From the NCBI RefSeq assembly GCF_018350175.1, contig NC_058368.1, positions 28,336,001-28,400,000 on the forward strand: a stretch of DNA of 64,000 nt, read 5' to 3'. Below are positions 40,274-52,195 of this stretch, piece by piece. A model generated the notes under the pieces. The model searched no databases. It saw only the letters and a program-made list of their open reading frames with translations, and was not told the origin of the DNA. The stretch's first letter is position 1. Each line of letters starts with the position of its first letter. This DNA comes from Felis catus (taxonomy: Eukaryota). A program made the position numbers and the translations under genes.

Positions 40274-41126
40274 TGACAAACGCCTTTTTTAACTAAGTTC
40301 ATTCAAATGGGTTTGTGACCCTTGCAGCCAAATAACCCTCAAGCCATTAAAAAGGTCAAAGGAAAAACATTGACTAAGCAGCTACTATAAGCTTCAAAAT
40401 AACCTTGAGGTATTTTGACTCTCACCATCAGGGATGAGGAAATAGAGACTCAGCTATATTAAGTAACAGATTTGCCTGACACCAAAACCCAAACTCTTTC
40501 TATTTTGCCTCACTTTCATTCTAGTTCCATCCAATCTGTTCCAGACCACCACACCATTTATTTACCTTACTTTTTCCCATGAAACATTCTCAGATTAAGC
40601 CAAAAATGTTAACCTTTCTCCTTTTAACCTGTTCAGTTTCTAATCTATTCATTTCAAACATCTTTACTCTAGTTAAGTATTTAACAATAAAATGAACTTT
40701 CATATGCAAAGAAGAGTGGCAGCATGAAGGCATTTGAATCTGTTTGGTCTGCTTCTGAACTGATACAGTATTTTTTTTTTCCTTTCCCAAATTTACCAGT
40801 TGGTACAGCCTTAAGTCAAGCCCGAGCTAAGTGTAGATCTCTTCCTGGACTCGTTCCACTTTCATTCCCTCCAAATGACTGACTCTATTACTAAAATGCA
40901 GGCCACTTGACAGAAAAAGGACAAATTTGGCTTGCCTAAATAATTACCCTACCCAAAACTACTTTAATTATGTTTCAAAGGCAAGACAAAACAAATATCT
41001 ACATCCTAAAAGCTTGAAACCCTTACCAAAAGGTTATAAAGACTAGGAAAAAAAATTTATTTTTCTGTCCTTGAAAACCAGTTTGCCAAGAGGAATGGGA
41101 GGTCTTTTAAAATCTAGACCAGTCTC

Positions 41127-41362
41127 GGGGCACCTGGGTGGCTCCATCGGTTAAATGTCCGACTTCGGCTCAGGTCATGATCTCTCAGTTTGTGAGTTCA
41201 AGCCCCGCGACTGGCTCTGTGCTGACAGCTCAGAGCCTGGAGCCTGCTTCCGATCCTGTCGTTCCCCCCCCCCCCCCCCCCCCCGGCCCCGTCTCTAGGC
41301 CCCTCCCTTGCTCATGCTCTGTCTCTCAATAATAAATGTTTTTAAAAAATGAAACAATAAAA
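41127..41362 (+). mobile_element. Can-SINE with a C21 tract
   Basis: 19-bp TSD TAAAATCTAGACCAGTCTC at 41108-41126 and 41363-41381. Confidence 0.93.
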
Positions 41363-43105
41363 TAAAATCTAGACCAGTCTCTTTTGCCCATTAAGTTTTT
41401 CACATTTTCTCCAAGCATGGAACAGAACTCCACTGCCGATTTACAAGTGGAAATTTCCCTAAAAATGACCAAATCTGATTTGATCTGATTTCTTTTTCCA
41501 GACAGTATGTTCCTGGAATTAAAAAAAAAAAAAAAAAAAAAAAAAAGTGTACTATCCTTCTTCCAATCTCTAAAGGTAAAGGAGATTCTTCAGATTCTAG
41601 ATTTATCCCAGGAATTTAGAAGCTAAAGAAGCTCTCACTGTGGTTCAGGGTCTTCAGGAGGTCCCCTATCCTCAACAACCGAGAAATATCACTAGCCCAG
41701 GAGTATACCTGTAGGCCCTCAGCAATAGTGCAGTTACTTAGGTATATACACTAATCACTAGTTACCAGTTCAGCCTGGGAATCCGTTTTTCTGACTGCCT
41801 TACATTCTTTGATCTCTCATAAACCGAGCTGTTACAGCCACAACCAACAGTGAAATTCCCGGTCAACCCTGGGTAGTTCTGCCAAAAAGAACATAAGAAA
41901 GTAAGAAAAACCATGTTACTACTTGAAAAGGGGACTAGGTGTTTAAAAAGATGCGTTAAATTGCACTATTTTAACTGACACTAATCGTGCTGGGAACTGT
42001 GCTGTCATTTACTCTAAAATCATAAACAAGACATTAAAGTCACTTCTGCATTACTGAGTGCCTTATATTTTGAATACTCTGTATTTTCTATACATTTCCC
42101 TGACATTTAAAAATCACTATGAATCAATGGAACATCCCTAACAAAGTGGAAAGAAGCTAAGAAAAGCTTGTATGTTTTGCAAGGGACTGAATAATTATGA
42201 TGCTGAAAAGAGAACCAAAATTTTTAACTCTAGTTTGCACTAATACCATCAGGTATGTGTCAGCTGTATTTCTCATCCTGAACATCTTAAGCCTAAACCA
42301 CTTCCAGTTTAATAAGGTTTTAGAGGAGAGGGAAAGCAGAACTGTTAACAAGCTGTACCACGGTAGTGGTTTAGATTCTACTGCCACTGCCATTTTACCA
42401 ACGTTTTTTAATACTTCGGTCACATCTACCTATTTTTGTGTAAAGCGAGGTAGGTGCCTGGAGTTACAAAAGTACACCAAATCCATTCGCAATATGGATG
42501 GCCAGCATTTAAACCATCAACAAACAGCCTCGGAGAAATTTTGACAGCAAATCCAAACATCAACACTCCGAGGAGCTGCTTGACGCCTTCCGTTTCTGTC
42601 ACAAGACTTGGGTTGCGCCTGGTTCCAACGCTCGGAGGTTCTGACAGTGAAGGATGCTGCTCGGGGACAAAGTGCAACGTCCTCCTCCTCCGGTATACGC
42701 TCCTGTGCGCGCACTACGAACACAAACTAAGCACACGCACCGCTACGCACCGAAAAGACCCGGCTGGGAAGACCATTCTGGGGATGGAAACTGAGCTTGT
42801 CATTCAAAGGGGCTGCATGCAACTCGGCCCCCACGCTCCGGACCCACAAGACCCGTCTCGAGCCCGAGGATGCCCCCTCCCCCCGAGGCCCGGTGCCATG
42901 GGATTCCTCCCTCCGCCCCGCTCCTCCCGCTCTCCTCCCACCGCCGAGCGAAGGCGCAGCTCTGGACAGCCCCGCAATCAGAGCAGGGACTGCAGAGAGG
43001 CTGGGGCGCCCGAGCCGGGCCGCCCCATCCACCGCGGCCCCGCACCACGCCGCCACCCCGGCCAACGCGCGGCTTTTGCTGCGGGCGGATCCGCACCCGC
43101 CTCAC

Positions 43106-43320
43106 CTGGGGGCCGCAGCCTCCGCAGCTCACAGGCATGTCACCGGCCCGCAACGACCAGTCGCGCGAGCCGCCGAGCAGGCGGGCGCCCCCTCCCGCAC
43201 CAGCCCCCGGCCCTCCCCCCTCCCCGCCTCCCCGCCCCGCGGGCCCGCCCCCGCCCTGCCCACCCCCGGCTTCCGCCGCCGCAGTTCCAGTCTGCAACAC
43301 CACCTAATCCCCACACCTCC
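43106..43320 (-). other. AKAP11: AKAP11 exon 1 (5'UTR; 5' end uncertain)
   Basis: Strong donor CAG|GTGAGG at 43106/43105 inside the CpG island, downstream of the promoter motifs. Confidence 0.7.
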
Positions 43321-43327
43321 CACTCAC

Positions 43328-43359
43328 TCTCGCGAGAGGGTGCGGCGCCTCTCGCGAGA
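43328..43359. promoter_or_regulatory. Two TCTCGCGAGA (CGCG element / BANP-type) palindromes
   Basis: Exact matches at 43328-43337 and 43350-43359. Confidence 0.85.
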
Positions 43360-43586
43360 AGAACTCTGTGACCAAGCCCGCGCAAAAGTGGGTGGGCTTT
43401 TAAAAAATGAAAGAACGAACAGGAAAAACCTTCCCACGTGCTCTGGGGCGGCTAGCGGATCGGCCCCGCGCGTCTCGTGACGTCCAAGCGGCCGCTCTAT
43501 TGGCCAGGATCCGCTCAGCCGTGGGAGCTTTAAACTCCAGGCTGACCTACGAACCTGCGGCGAACGTCTTGCGCGCTTCCTGATCC

Positions 43587-43600
43587 GTTACCATGGAAAC
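43587..43600. promoter_or_regulatory. RFX X-box
   Basis: GTTACCATGGAAAC fits GTTNCCATGGNAAC. Confidence 0.75.
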
Positions 43601-46139
43601 GGTTTAACCCTTTCCTCTGGCAAAATACCCAAGCTGTGGCTGGCTCCGCAGGTTTGGTTTCAGGCCCTTACTCCTCTCTTTCGAACCCTTGGTCTTACCC
43701 CTGGGGTCAGCTGGGCTGCTTCTTCGCCACAGGCTAGCCTCGCTTTGTTCTGATTGCCGTGGTTCTTCCCAAAGCGGCAGCCCCTCCAGATCTGACGGCC
43801 CAAGTAAGGCTCATCCTTTGGGGGTGGCTCCGCCCCTTCTCTCCAGCATCTCTAGGGAGGACCACTCACAGCGCTTCAGGCCCACGGCCCTATCCGAACC
43901 TCAACAATTGGCATCAAGGGATCTCCGGGCCCTAGTGCTCACCCTTACCAATTTACGCGGCATCGGAATCAGGAAGTAAAGCATTGGTCACGGAGAAACC
44001 AAGCCCTAGATGAAAATCTAATGTGTGATTATTTACATTTGCAATCGGAAGGGCTGGTCCAGTCAAGTTGCACAGTCTCCTCATGGACATCTATTAAAAG
44101 GTGGAAATACCTGATAGATGAGAAAGGCATTTTGAAGTATATCCTCATTATGAGTTTTGGACTGTTTGGGAGAGGGGGACAGGGAACAAAGGGTGCATAC
44201 ATACTTTATTTCTTCCTTCAATAAGTTTTTGTTGAGCTAGTACAAATGTTAGACACTACTCCATCTGTCTTCTGAGCAGTGATGAAGACAAATGAGTCTA
44301 GGTTCTAGGGAGCTTATGGGGGGAGGCAGAAAGAAAAACTATTTGTTTGCCTTAAGCTCAATGCAAAGAAAATACAGTAAATGATGTGACGGTGATTGTG
44401 ATTGGGTGGCTGCTTGAGGGGCCGACCTTTGGAGGAGATGGTAAGCAGTGATTTGCCTAAGAGGCAGGCAAACATCAGAGGGAAGAGCCTTCTAGGCAAA
44501 GGAAACAGCTAATTTAAAGGCCTTAAATTGGATTTGAGGGGAAAAGATGAGAAAGTAAGAAGAAATAAGGTCGGAGAAGTAAATAAATATGTGCCAGGTC
44601 CTGTAAGGTTTTGTAAGCTAGGAAAGTAATTGTTGGGAATGTAAATGCAATGGAAAGCGGTGGAGAATTCTAGAGGGAAGAGATACCTATGCTGTACTTT
44701 TGTCTTTAAAGCTCTTCCCTGCAGAGAACTGATTTTAGGTTCTGAACCTTTTAGAATCTGAACTGATTTCAGAACCTTTTAGGTTTCAGAGGAAGCAAGG
44801 AGATTGAGACTTGTAGTCCAAGACAGACACAATCCTGAAAGACTTCGTTCCCAATGACCTTGACATTATCCATTTGGTCAGAGCATTGGTGCCATTTAAT
44901 GCCTTCTGTTAAAAACATCTGGCTACATCTTCATTTACTGCTATTTAATGACAGTAAAAGAAATAAATGGAAATTTTTTGTTATTTGGGCACATGAATGT
45001 CCTGAAAAGAAAGTCACATTTGATTTTTTTTCTCATCCATTTATACCACACAGATAACCACCTCTTCTGTCTATTCCTAAAGCCAGATCTAAGAAAAACA
45101 AACAAAGTGATGTTCAATGTAGATATTTATTCCTGGGTATCAGATTTAAACAGATAGAAGTTGAAGGCTAGAAAATGAAGGTATTTCACTAAAAAAACAG
45201 AAATCAGGAACAAGTTTGAACTGGAAGACCTCTCATTAACTGCTAAAGCAACCAAATCAAGCTTCCTTATCATTCTTGAGTCTCAACTTCCTCATACATA
45301 AAACAAGGCAATTTAACTAGCCTACACACAAAGTGGTTAAGCCTGAATTACACTTTGGCATGCACGCACCAGTAACACAGAAGCTGGAAAGGGAAATGTG
45401 ATAAATTTGTATAAAATCTAAGAGGGTCCGTAGCACAAGACAAATGAAATTGGATTTGTGTGCGCATACACCACACACACACACACACACACACACACAC
45501 CAGCTGAGAAGCTATGAAACTGATTAATACAGATACCAGGAATGCTTCCCTAAGAAATCTTGGCCTTCTCAGAGTGTGAAAACGGAAGCATTGCCACCTG
45601 CTCAACCTCATATTCCCTGTAGCTATTTTGAACCTATGTACTATTTAATAAATAATGGTTCACATGTACCTAATCAAGACTGAAAGAATGGAAAATATTT
45701 AAGAGATCTGAGGCAACATTTTAAAGTTAGGCTAACACTTTAGTTTTAATGAAAATAAGATTTCAAGGAACATTACAGGGTTCTTTTTTAAAAGGAAAAA
45801 TGCTAAAAAGAGAAAAGTTCTGATTTTAACAAATTAAGACCATTCTTTGAAAATGTTGAAAAAATGGAGCACTCTTGAGTGCTGTTTGCAGTCATGATGA
45901 TTAACCGAACCAGCTGCGTGGTACTGCTAATTTAGATGAACAACAGGCTCAACTCTGTCATTCTAACATGTATTAATAGAGCCATAAATCCTCCCAACTC
46001 ACCCTTAGCAAGACAGTCTTTGTGGTATCTTTTGCTAGCTACAATTAGAGTACAACGAACATGAAGGGAGAAGAAATTTAGGATTGAGATCCATTTCTAC
46101 AGATGTCCCTAGTTCCTGGATTCTTTTTAAAATTATTTT

Positions 46140-46625
46140 GCTTTAGCAGCTTTATTGAGATATAATCCACATGCCATACAATTCATCCACTTGACGAGTA
46201 CAATTCAATATATTTCGGTATATTCCCAGAGCTGTGCAGTCATCACCAAAATCTAATTTTAGAACGATTTTGTCCCCGCTAAAAGAAACTCCACAGTCAT
46301 GAGCAGTCGATCCCCACCTCCTCCCCAGCCCGAAGCAACCACTGATCTCCTTTATGTCCCTACCTTTGCCTGTTCTGGACACTTCGTATAAATGGAATTG
46401 TACACTATGTGGTCATTGGTGTCGGCTTCATTCACTTAGCTAAATGTTTTCAAGGGTCATCCATGCTGTAGCCTGTATAAGTACTTCATTTCTTTTTATT
46501 GCCAAATGATGATTCCATTGTATTCCGTTTATCAGTTAATAGACATGTGGGTTGTGTCCACTTTGGGACTCTTGGGAATAGTGCTGCTTTGAGCATTTGT
46601 GTCTAAGTTTTGTGTGGACATTCGT
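46140..46625 (-). mobile_element. L1MB-like 3' end
   Basis: CAGCTTTATTGAGATATAAT...TTCAAGGGTCATCCATGCTGTAG. Confidence 0.85.
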
Positions 46626-46759
46626 TATTCTTTCTTAATACTTTAAAAGATAAAACGTACCCAGTTTACAAAGTCTATATTTCTTTTCCTAGCACGGTTA
46701 CTTGGCTCCTGGCTTTGTCTTTCTTGCCTGCTGTTTGAACTGTGTGCTCTCTTCCCCCA

Positions 46760-47280
46760 CAGGGCTGGCATTTCTACTCCGGCAGCTCAGATCTGACAGT
46801 GTCATCCCCCTGCCTAAAAGGCTTCAGTGGCTTCTTATGGTTCCACCAATGATCTTTCTTACTCTCTTCTGTTGTTCTCTCTCTCTCAGAAAGTCTTTTT
46901 TTTTTTTTTTTCCACTTCCTCAAAATAGGGCCAGATCCTCTCTGCTTTGGAGCCTTCCCACGAGATCTTCCTTCAGCACTGAGTGTTCTCTGTCCACCCC
47001 TTAGCCTCTGCATGCCTGAGAATCCCTCAGCATTCAGCTGTACTCTCAAGAACTCAAGAACTCTTGTACTAATTCCCCAGACTAGGTAAGCTCCTCCCCA
47101 TCTGGACTCTACTTTTTCTCCAGTGCATTTAGCAACTTAGAATGATTTTGATTTGAGTGATTATTTGGTCTTTCTCCTCTGCTAGACCGTAGAATCCATG
47201 AGCAGGAACCACATCTATTTTTACTTACACAAGCCTGGCACATACTAAGTGTTATTCATTACTCATTATCTATTCATTGA
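46760..47280. mobile_element. L2 3' fragment
   Basis: CTAGACCGTAGAATCCATGAGCAGG...GCCTGGCACATA. Confidence 0.55.
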
Positions 47281-47334
47281 AAGGAAGGAAGGAAGGAAGG
47301 AAGGAAGGAAGGAAGGAAGGAAGGAAGGAAGGAA
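47281..47334. repeat. (GGAA)n microsatellite
   Basis: About 13 perfect units. Confidence 0.95.
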
Positions 47335-47405
47335 AAAGAAGGGGAGGGGGGAAGGGAGGTATCTTCACAGCTTATTCTGTGTTCTATTTTTCCTTCCCTT
47401 GCTAG

Positions 47406-48027
47406 TGTTGAAATAAATTTCTAGGCCCAAGATGGAGCTGCTCCCGCCCAGGATGCCACCTCAGCAAACCAAAGCTTAAATAACTTTTGTGTCTGTGTAA
47501 ATGCTCCACTAGACCAAAAACACAGTATATCCAGTCAGCCAGTCCCCCCAAACCAAGCCAACTCTAGGCTCTATGCTTATTTGTTTCTTCTCACTCCAAA
47601 CAAAGCTGGGGTGCCTGGGTGGCTCAGTCGGTTGAGCATGCGACTTCGGCTCAGGTCATGATCTCATGGTTTTGTGAGTTCAAGCCCCTCATCGGGCTCT
47701 GTGCCGACAGCTCAGAGCCTGGAGTCTGCTTTGGATTCTGTGTCTCCCTCTCTCTCTGCCCCTCCCCCACTCATGCTCTGTCTCTCTGCCTTGGAAATAA
47801 ATAAACATTAAAAAATTAAAAACAAGCAAATAAAGTTGACAATGTGGCCCCAACCAATCAGATATTTCCCACTTTTCCTTTTCCCTGTTCTTTTTTCTTT
47901 AGTCTATAAAAGCTTCCCGACTTCTGCCCCATTTTGCAGTTCTCCAAAGGAAACTGTCCACTTAAGGAAGTGTGAAATAAAGTTTATTTGTATCACCTAA
48001 GTTGTTTCCTTTAATCATTTTTTAATA
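47406..48027 (+). mobile_element. ERV1-like solo LTR
   Basis: TGTTGAAA...TTTAATA ends, 4-bp TSD CTAG, CCAAT 47854, TATAAAA 47905, AATAAA 47976. Confidence 0.7.
47608..47830 (+). mobile_element. Can-SINE nested in the LTR
   Basis: Head and tail. Confidence 0.92.
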
Positions 48028-49048
48028 CTAGGAATCTTCAGTAAAGTCTTGATAAATGGTATAAACCAAATCCGTCCTGTTATAAGAGGAATTAATGGAA
48101 AGCTTGTTCTAGGCCTGGGATGGTGTAGGAGGGGCCACAAGTGTCCCCTTCCCATGCTCCCTATACAAGGTGATGTGGAGAGGGGAAGACCAGTACTAAG
48201 GAGCCAAGGCAGTGTGTGACCAGTCAGAGAACACAGGCTTTGTCTAAGTGCACCTAAGATTGTACCAAGGAGCAAGAAACGTCTCACGTGTCCCCAGGGG
48301 ACATTTTAGTGGGCTAATTTCTAGTAATCAAGTTGGCAGTGTCTCCTCCAATGTAATTTTGCTATTTAACGGAAATGTTACTTTCATCTGTTTGCATAGT
48401 CTAACGGAGCCAAGACATTTGGATTGTATGCACAGGAAAGAAATTTGGCCCAGCAAGTTCCAATGAACTGTTCTAGATCACATAGGGGCACTAAATGCCA
48501 CCATTTAGACTAAAATTAGCTGGTTTAGTCTGGTTCCACCTATACAAAACGAGCCTCTCAGCTTAATGCCCCTAATGACCTTTAGACTACAAAGGCAGGC
48601 ATCGGCTTTCCCCCGGAGCTTTACACTAGCAATCTCTGACAGCCAGAAGCAGATTCCATGTCGCTTCCTGTTTGAAAGCTTAGGTCTCCCTTTGGCCCAC
48701 TTGCCGAATTCCTGTTTCCTGCCTGAGTGATGGCCCCAGCTGGCAGTTCTTGTAAGAGAGAGAAGTCAAGTCCTTTTTTTTTCACATCGCTCAGTTTTTG
48801 GATTTTGTTTTTTTTTTTTTTTTTGTGGTAATAAATTAATATACACTCATTATGTAGAACACTGGAAAATACAGAAAAAGATAGTGGAGCAGACCACCTC
48901 TTTTGGTGGGTGATTTACATACATTATTTAATAGTAGTTAATAAACCAATGTAAAACATACTGGAAGTGGAAAACTGTGGACATTATAATTTCATCAGCC
49001 ATTTAAACATATAAAAATGCTTTTCAAATTTGAAAGATAAAGTACCTT

Positions 49049-49286
49049 GGGGTGCCTGGCTGGCTCAGTTGGTTAAGCCTCCAATTCTTGATTTTGGCTC
49101 AGGTCATGGTCTCAGGGTTTGTGAGATCAAGCCCTGGGGTGGGTTGGGCTCTGCACTGACAGCAGAGATCCTGCTTGGGATTCTCCCTCTCTCTCTTCCC
49201 CTCCCCCCTCCCCTGCCCACCCACCCCTCCAACCCATCCCTGTGCACACGTTCTCTCTCTCTCAGATAAGCTTTAAAAAAAAAAAA
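49049..49286 (+). mobile_element. Can-SINE
   Basis: Head and tail. Confidence 0.9.
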
Positions 49287-49617
49287 GGTAAAGTATCTCA
49301 TCAAGCCTTTGTTTTAAAAGTATGTATATTATACCACAATCTGATATGCCTTTTAACTTACATACTTACCTAATTCTTTTGTAGTGAATCTCTTGAAGAA
49401 CAGAAACACATCTGAACCATTATAACATAATACCTAGTAATGGCTTCATATATTGTAGGTCTTCATTAAATGCCCAATGACTTCTAAAATCATGACTATA
49501 ATTATTAGCAAATAGTACAGATGATAATTTAGAAGTGCCACTCCAAATTGGACTTCTGAATGAGCAAAATAAAGTTGACTGCTATTATATATTGTACTAG
49601 AGTTAAATGAGTCTTCC

Positions 49618-49829
49618 TTTCTTTTTTAAGATTATTTATTTATTTTTGGAGAGAGAGAGAGAGAGAGAGAGAGCGAGCACATGAGTGAAGGAGAGGCAGA
49701 GAATCCTCAGCAGGATCCACACGGTCAGTACAGAGCCCAGCACCAGGTTGGAACTCAAGAAACATGAGATCATGACCTGAGCTGAAACCAAGAGTCAGAC
49801 GCTTAACCAGCTGAGCCACCCAGGCGCCC
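49618..49829 (-). mobile_element. Can-SINE
   Basis: TSD TGAGTCTTC. Confidence 0.9.
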
Positions 49830-50088
49830 TTGAGTCTTCTGATTTAAATCATCATTGTCATAACTAAATTACTGACTCAACTTCCAATAAATAAAATACT
49901 ACTTCTGTACTATCTTTTAGGAAAATGTAATATGTTCTTGTCTGAAATTCAAAAACAAATAATCACTCATAAATGTAATTACTTCATAAGAAAGTCTTAA
50001 AGATACCATTGCCCGACTGATTTTAAATGGTTGATACAGAGTTAATTATAAAATAGAAGCACAGAGTTTTATAAAAAGCTTTCATTAT

Positions 50089-50190
50089 AGGGGTGCCTGG
50101 CTGGTTCAGTCGGAGGAGTATGTGACTTGATCTTGGGGTCATGAGTTTGAGCCCCACATTGGGTGTAAAGATTACTTAAATAAATAACTT
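50089..50190 (+). mobile_element. Short Can-SINE subfamily (no CT tract)
   Basis: Head followed by GGGTGTAAAGATTACTTAAATAAA. Confidence 0.8.
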
Positions 50191-51584
50191 TTTTAAAAAG
50201 CTTATGTTTGACGTTTCTAACTCAAAGAAGCACAAATGTAATCAAACATTTCAAATGCACTTAGTATAAGTAAATGGAAAAATGCTTTAATTTGCAAAAA
50301 AACATTATACATAACTTTTCAGAAATGTCTTTTGCAAAGGTGAAATACACTTCCTCTTCATGTGAGCCAACAGTATACATGCTAACTACTTAAAAAAAGA
50401 TATTTGATAACTTCTCCTGGATTAGGTATCTAAAGGGCCAGGAAAGTCCTTTGAATAGTGTCATAAACTTATGACAAGATAAAGCAGATCCTAGAACAAG
50501 TTGTTCCTGGGTCTATCATTCCTTGTTGCTTGGCTGCTTTGCTTTTCAAAGGAAATATTAACATGCAGATAAGAACATCCTTATTTATTAGTTAACTCAC
50601 ACGAAATTCAGCCGAAATGTCTTTATGTGATTAGATCTTTAAAAGTAGGTAATACTCATGCATGCGAAGCATGAATATTGATTGCATGCCTATTTATGGT
50701 CCAGGAAGCATTAAACGTTGTGATAAAAATCTAGGCCCTAAAGTAGCAGGACTTTTAAGATACCTTAAATTCTTCCTAGGCTTTATTCTACTTGGGGTTT
50801 TAAGTCATTGAACCGTGCTAGAGATGTCTAGTCTAGTCCCATACTAATGTTGATTCCTATTTGTTTTGGGTTTCCTGGGATCAACCTTGAACAAATTGGC
50901 TCCCCTTCCCCGCAATGGAACTTGTGACCTCAGCCTTCTGCAGGACAGAGTGGGATTCCTCAGAGCCAATCCTCAAGAACTCCAAAGTAGCCCACTATCT
51001 CTGGTTTGGGCTAGACAAACCACTAAGACAAAAAAGTCTTAGACTTTGGTTCTTCCAGAGGGAAGGGTGTGGATTTGGGTTCAGGTATAAAGGGGAAAAT
51101 AATCAGTACTGCATTAGAATGGAAAGTGTTTTCTTTATAAACAGTGGGTATCAAATTTCTTAGCATCTATGCAATTTATTTTTAACATACCCTTTTTACG
51201 CCCAAATTTATAAAGTCCCAATCTCTTTCTTTTTCGTATTCTGCTCTTATCTCTAAATTGATTTTAAAATTCTTCCTTTTGAAGATGTGTCCTTATCTCA
51301 CATTTGATTGTACAGGTTGCCATCCTTATCAGTTGCTGTAATAAGATTCTTACCAAGATCTTGTTATCTTGAAACATCATGCCTATAGGCAGGGTATAAT
51401 GGGCGTAACAAGATTCCCGCAGAGCTCCAATTTAACAGTTTAATGGCCTATAATGTTCTCTCTCTCTTTCAGCTGTTCAGTAGCTATTTTGAAATTGCCG
51501 AATAAACTCCTGATGAAAATAGGTGTGCAATAAAATGAAGTCTGATAAATTTTGTGGATGGCTTGAGGAAATGCCATTATTACT

Positions 51585-51817
51585 ATTTTTTTTAACGTTT
51601 TTTCATTTTTAAGAGACAGGGAGAGACAGAGTGTGCATGGGTGGGGAGGGCGGAGGGGCAGAGAGAGAGAGGGAGACACAGAATCCGAAGGAGGCTCCAG
51701 GCTCCGAGCTATCAGCACAAAGCTGGACACGGGGCTCAAAGTCACAAAACGAGAGATCATGACCTGAGCTGAAGTGAGACGCTCAACCACTCAACCGACT
51801 GAGCCACCCAGGCGCTC
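51585..51817 (-). mobile_element. Can-SINE
   Basis: TSD AGGAAATGCCATT. Confidence 0.92.
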
Positions 51818-52067
51818 AGGAAATGCCATTGTTTTATGGGAAACAGAAGTCAGCACTTTACATGGTGCTGATTGGATTTTGGTTTCAAACCCTGTGCCAT
51901 TCAAACTTTAATATTTGCCTGCATTTTCAAAATAACTTTTAAAATTATCAGGAGCACTTCTTGTTCACTGAACTCTTTATGCAATTCTAAGAATTCTCAA
52001 CAAGGTTCCAGGAGGAATTAAAGTGCTATAATTGAAAGCTGCTGAAATGTACATTACCCTATCCAAG

Positions 52068-52195
52068 TTTTATTGATTGATTGATTGATTGATTGATTTT
52101 ACTTTTTAGTAATCTCTACACCCAATGTCAGGCTCAAACCTGTGACCTTGAGATCAAGAGTCTCACGCTCTTCCAACTGAGCTGGACAGGCACCC
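52068..52195 (-). mobile_element. Short Can-SINE with (GATT)n tail
   Basis: AGTAATCTCTACACCCAA...AGGCACCC. Confidence 0.8.

Larger units (their letters stand above)
3100..43320 (-). other. AKAP11: AKAP11 gene body (3' end truncated by window edge; TSS approximate)
   Basis: Nine spliced coding exons translate to a continuous AKAP11/AKAP220-like protein; CpG island at the 5' end. Confidence 0.97.
42690..43610. promoter_or_regulatory. CpG island / AKAP11 promoter
   Basis: Very GC- and CpG-rich against an AT-rich background; GC boxes, two TCTCGCGAGA, CACGTG, TGACGTC, ATTGG, X-box. Confidence 0.92.

Noticed and set aside
42454..43480. Long overlapping ORFs (305, 227, 167, 145 aa)
   Set aside because: Pro/Arg/Gly-rich products expected from stop-poor CpG-island DNA; no recognisable domain
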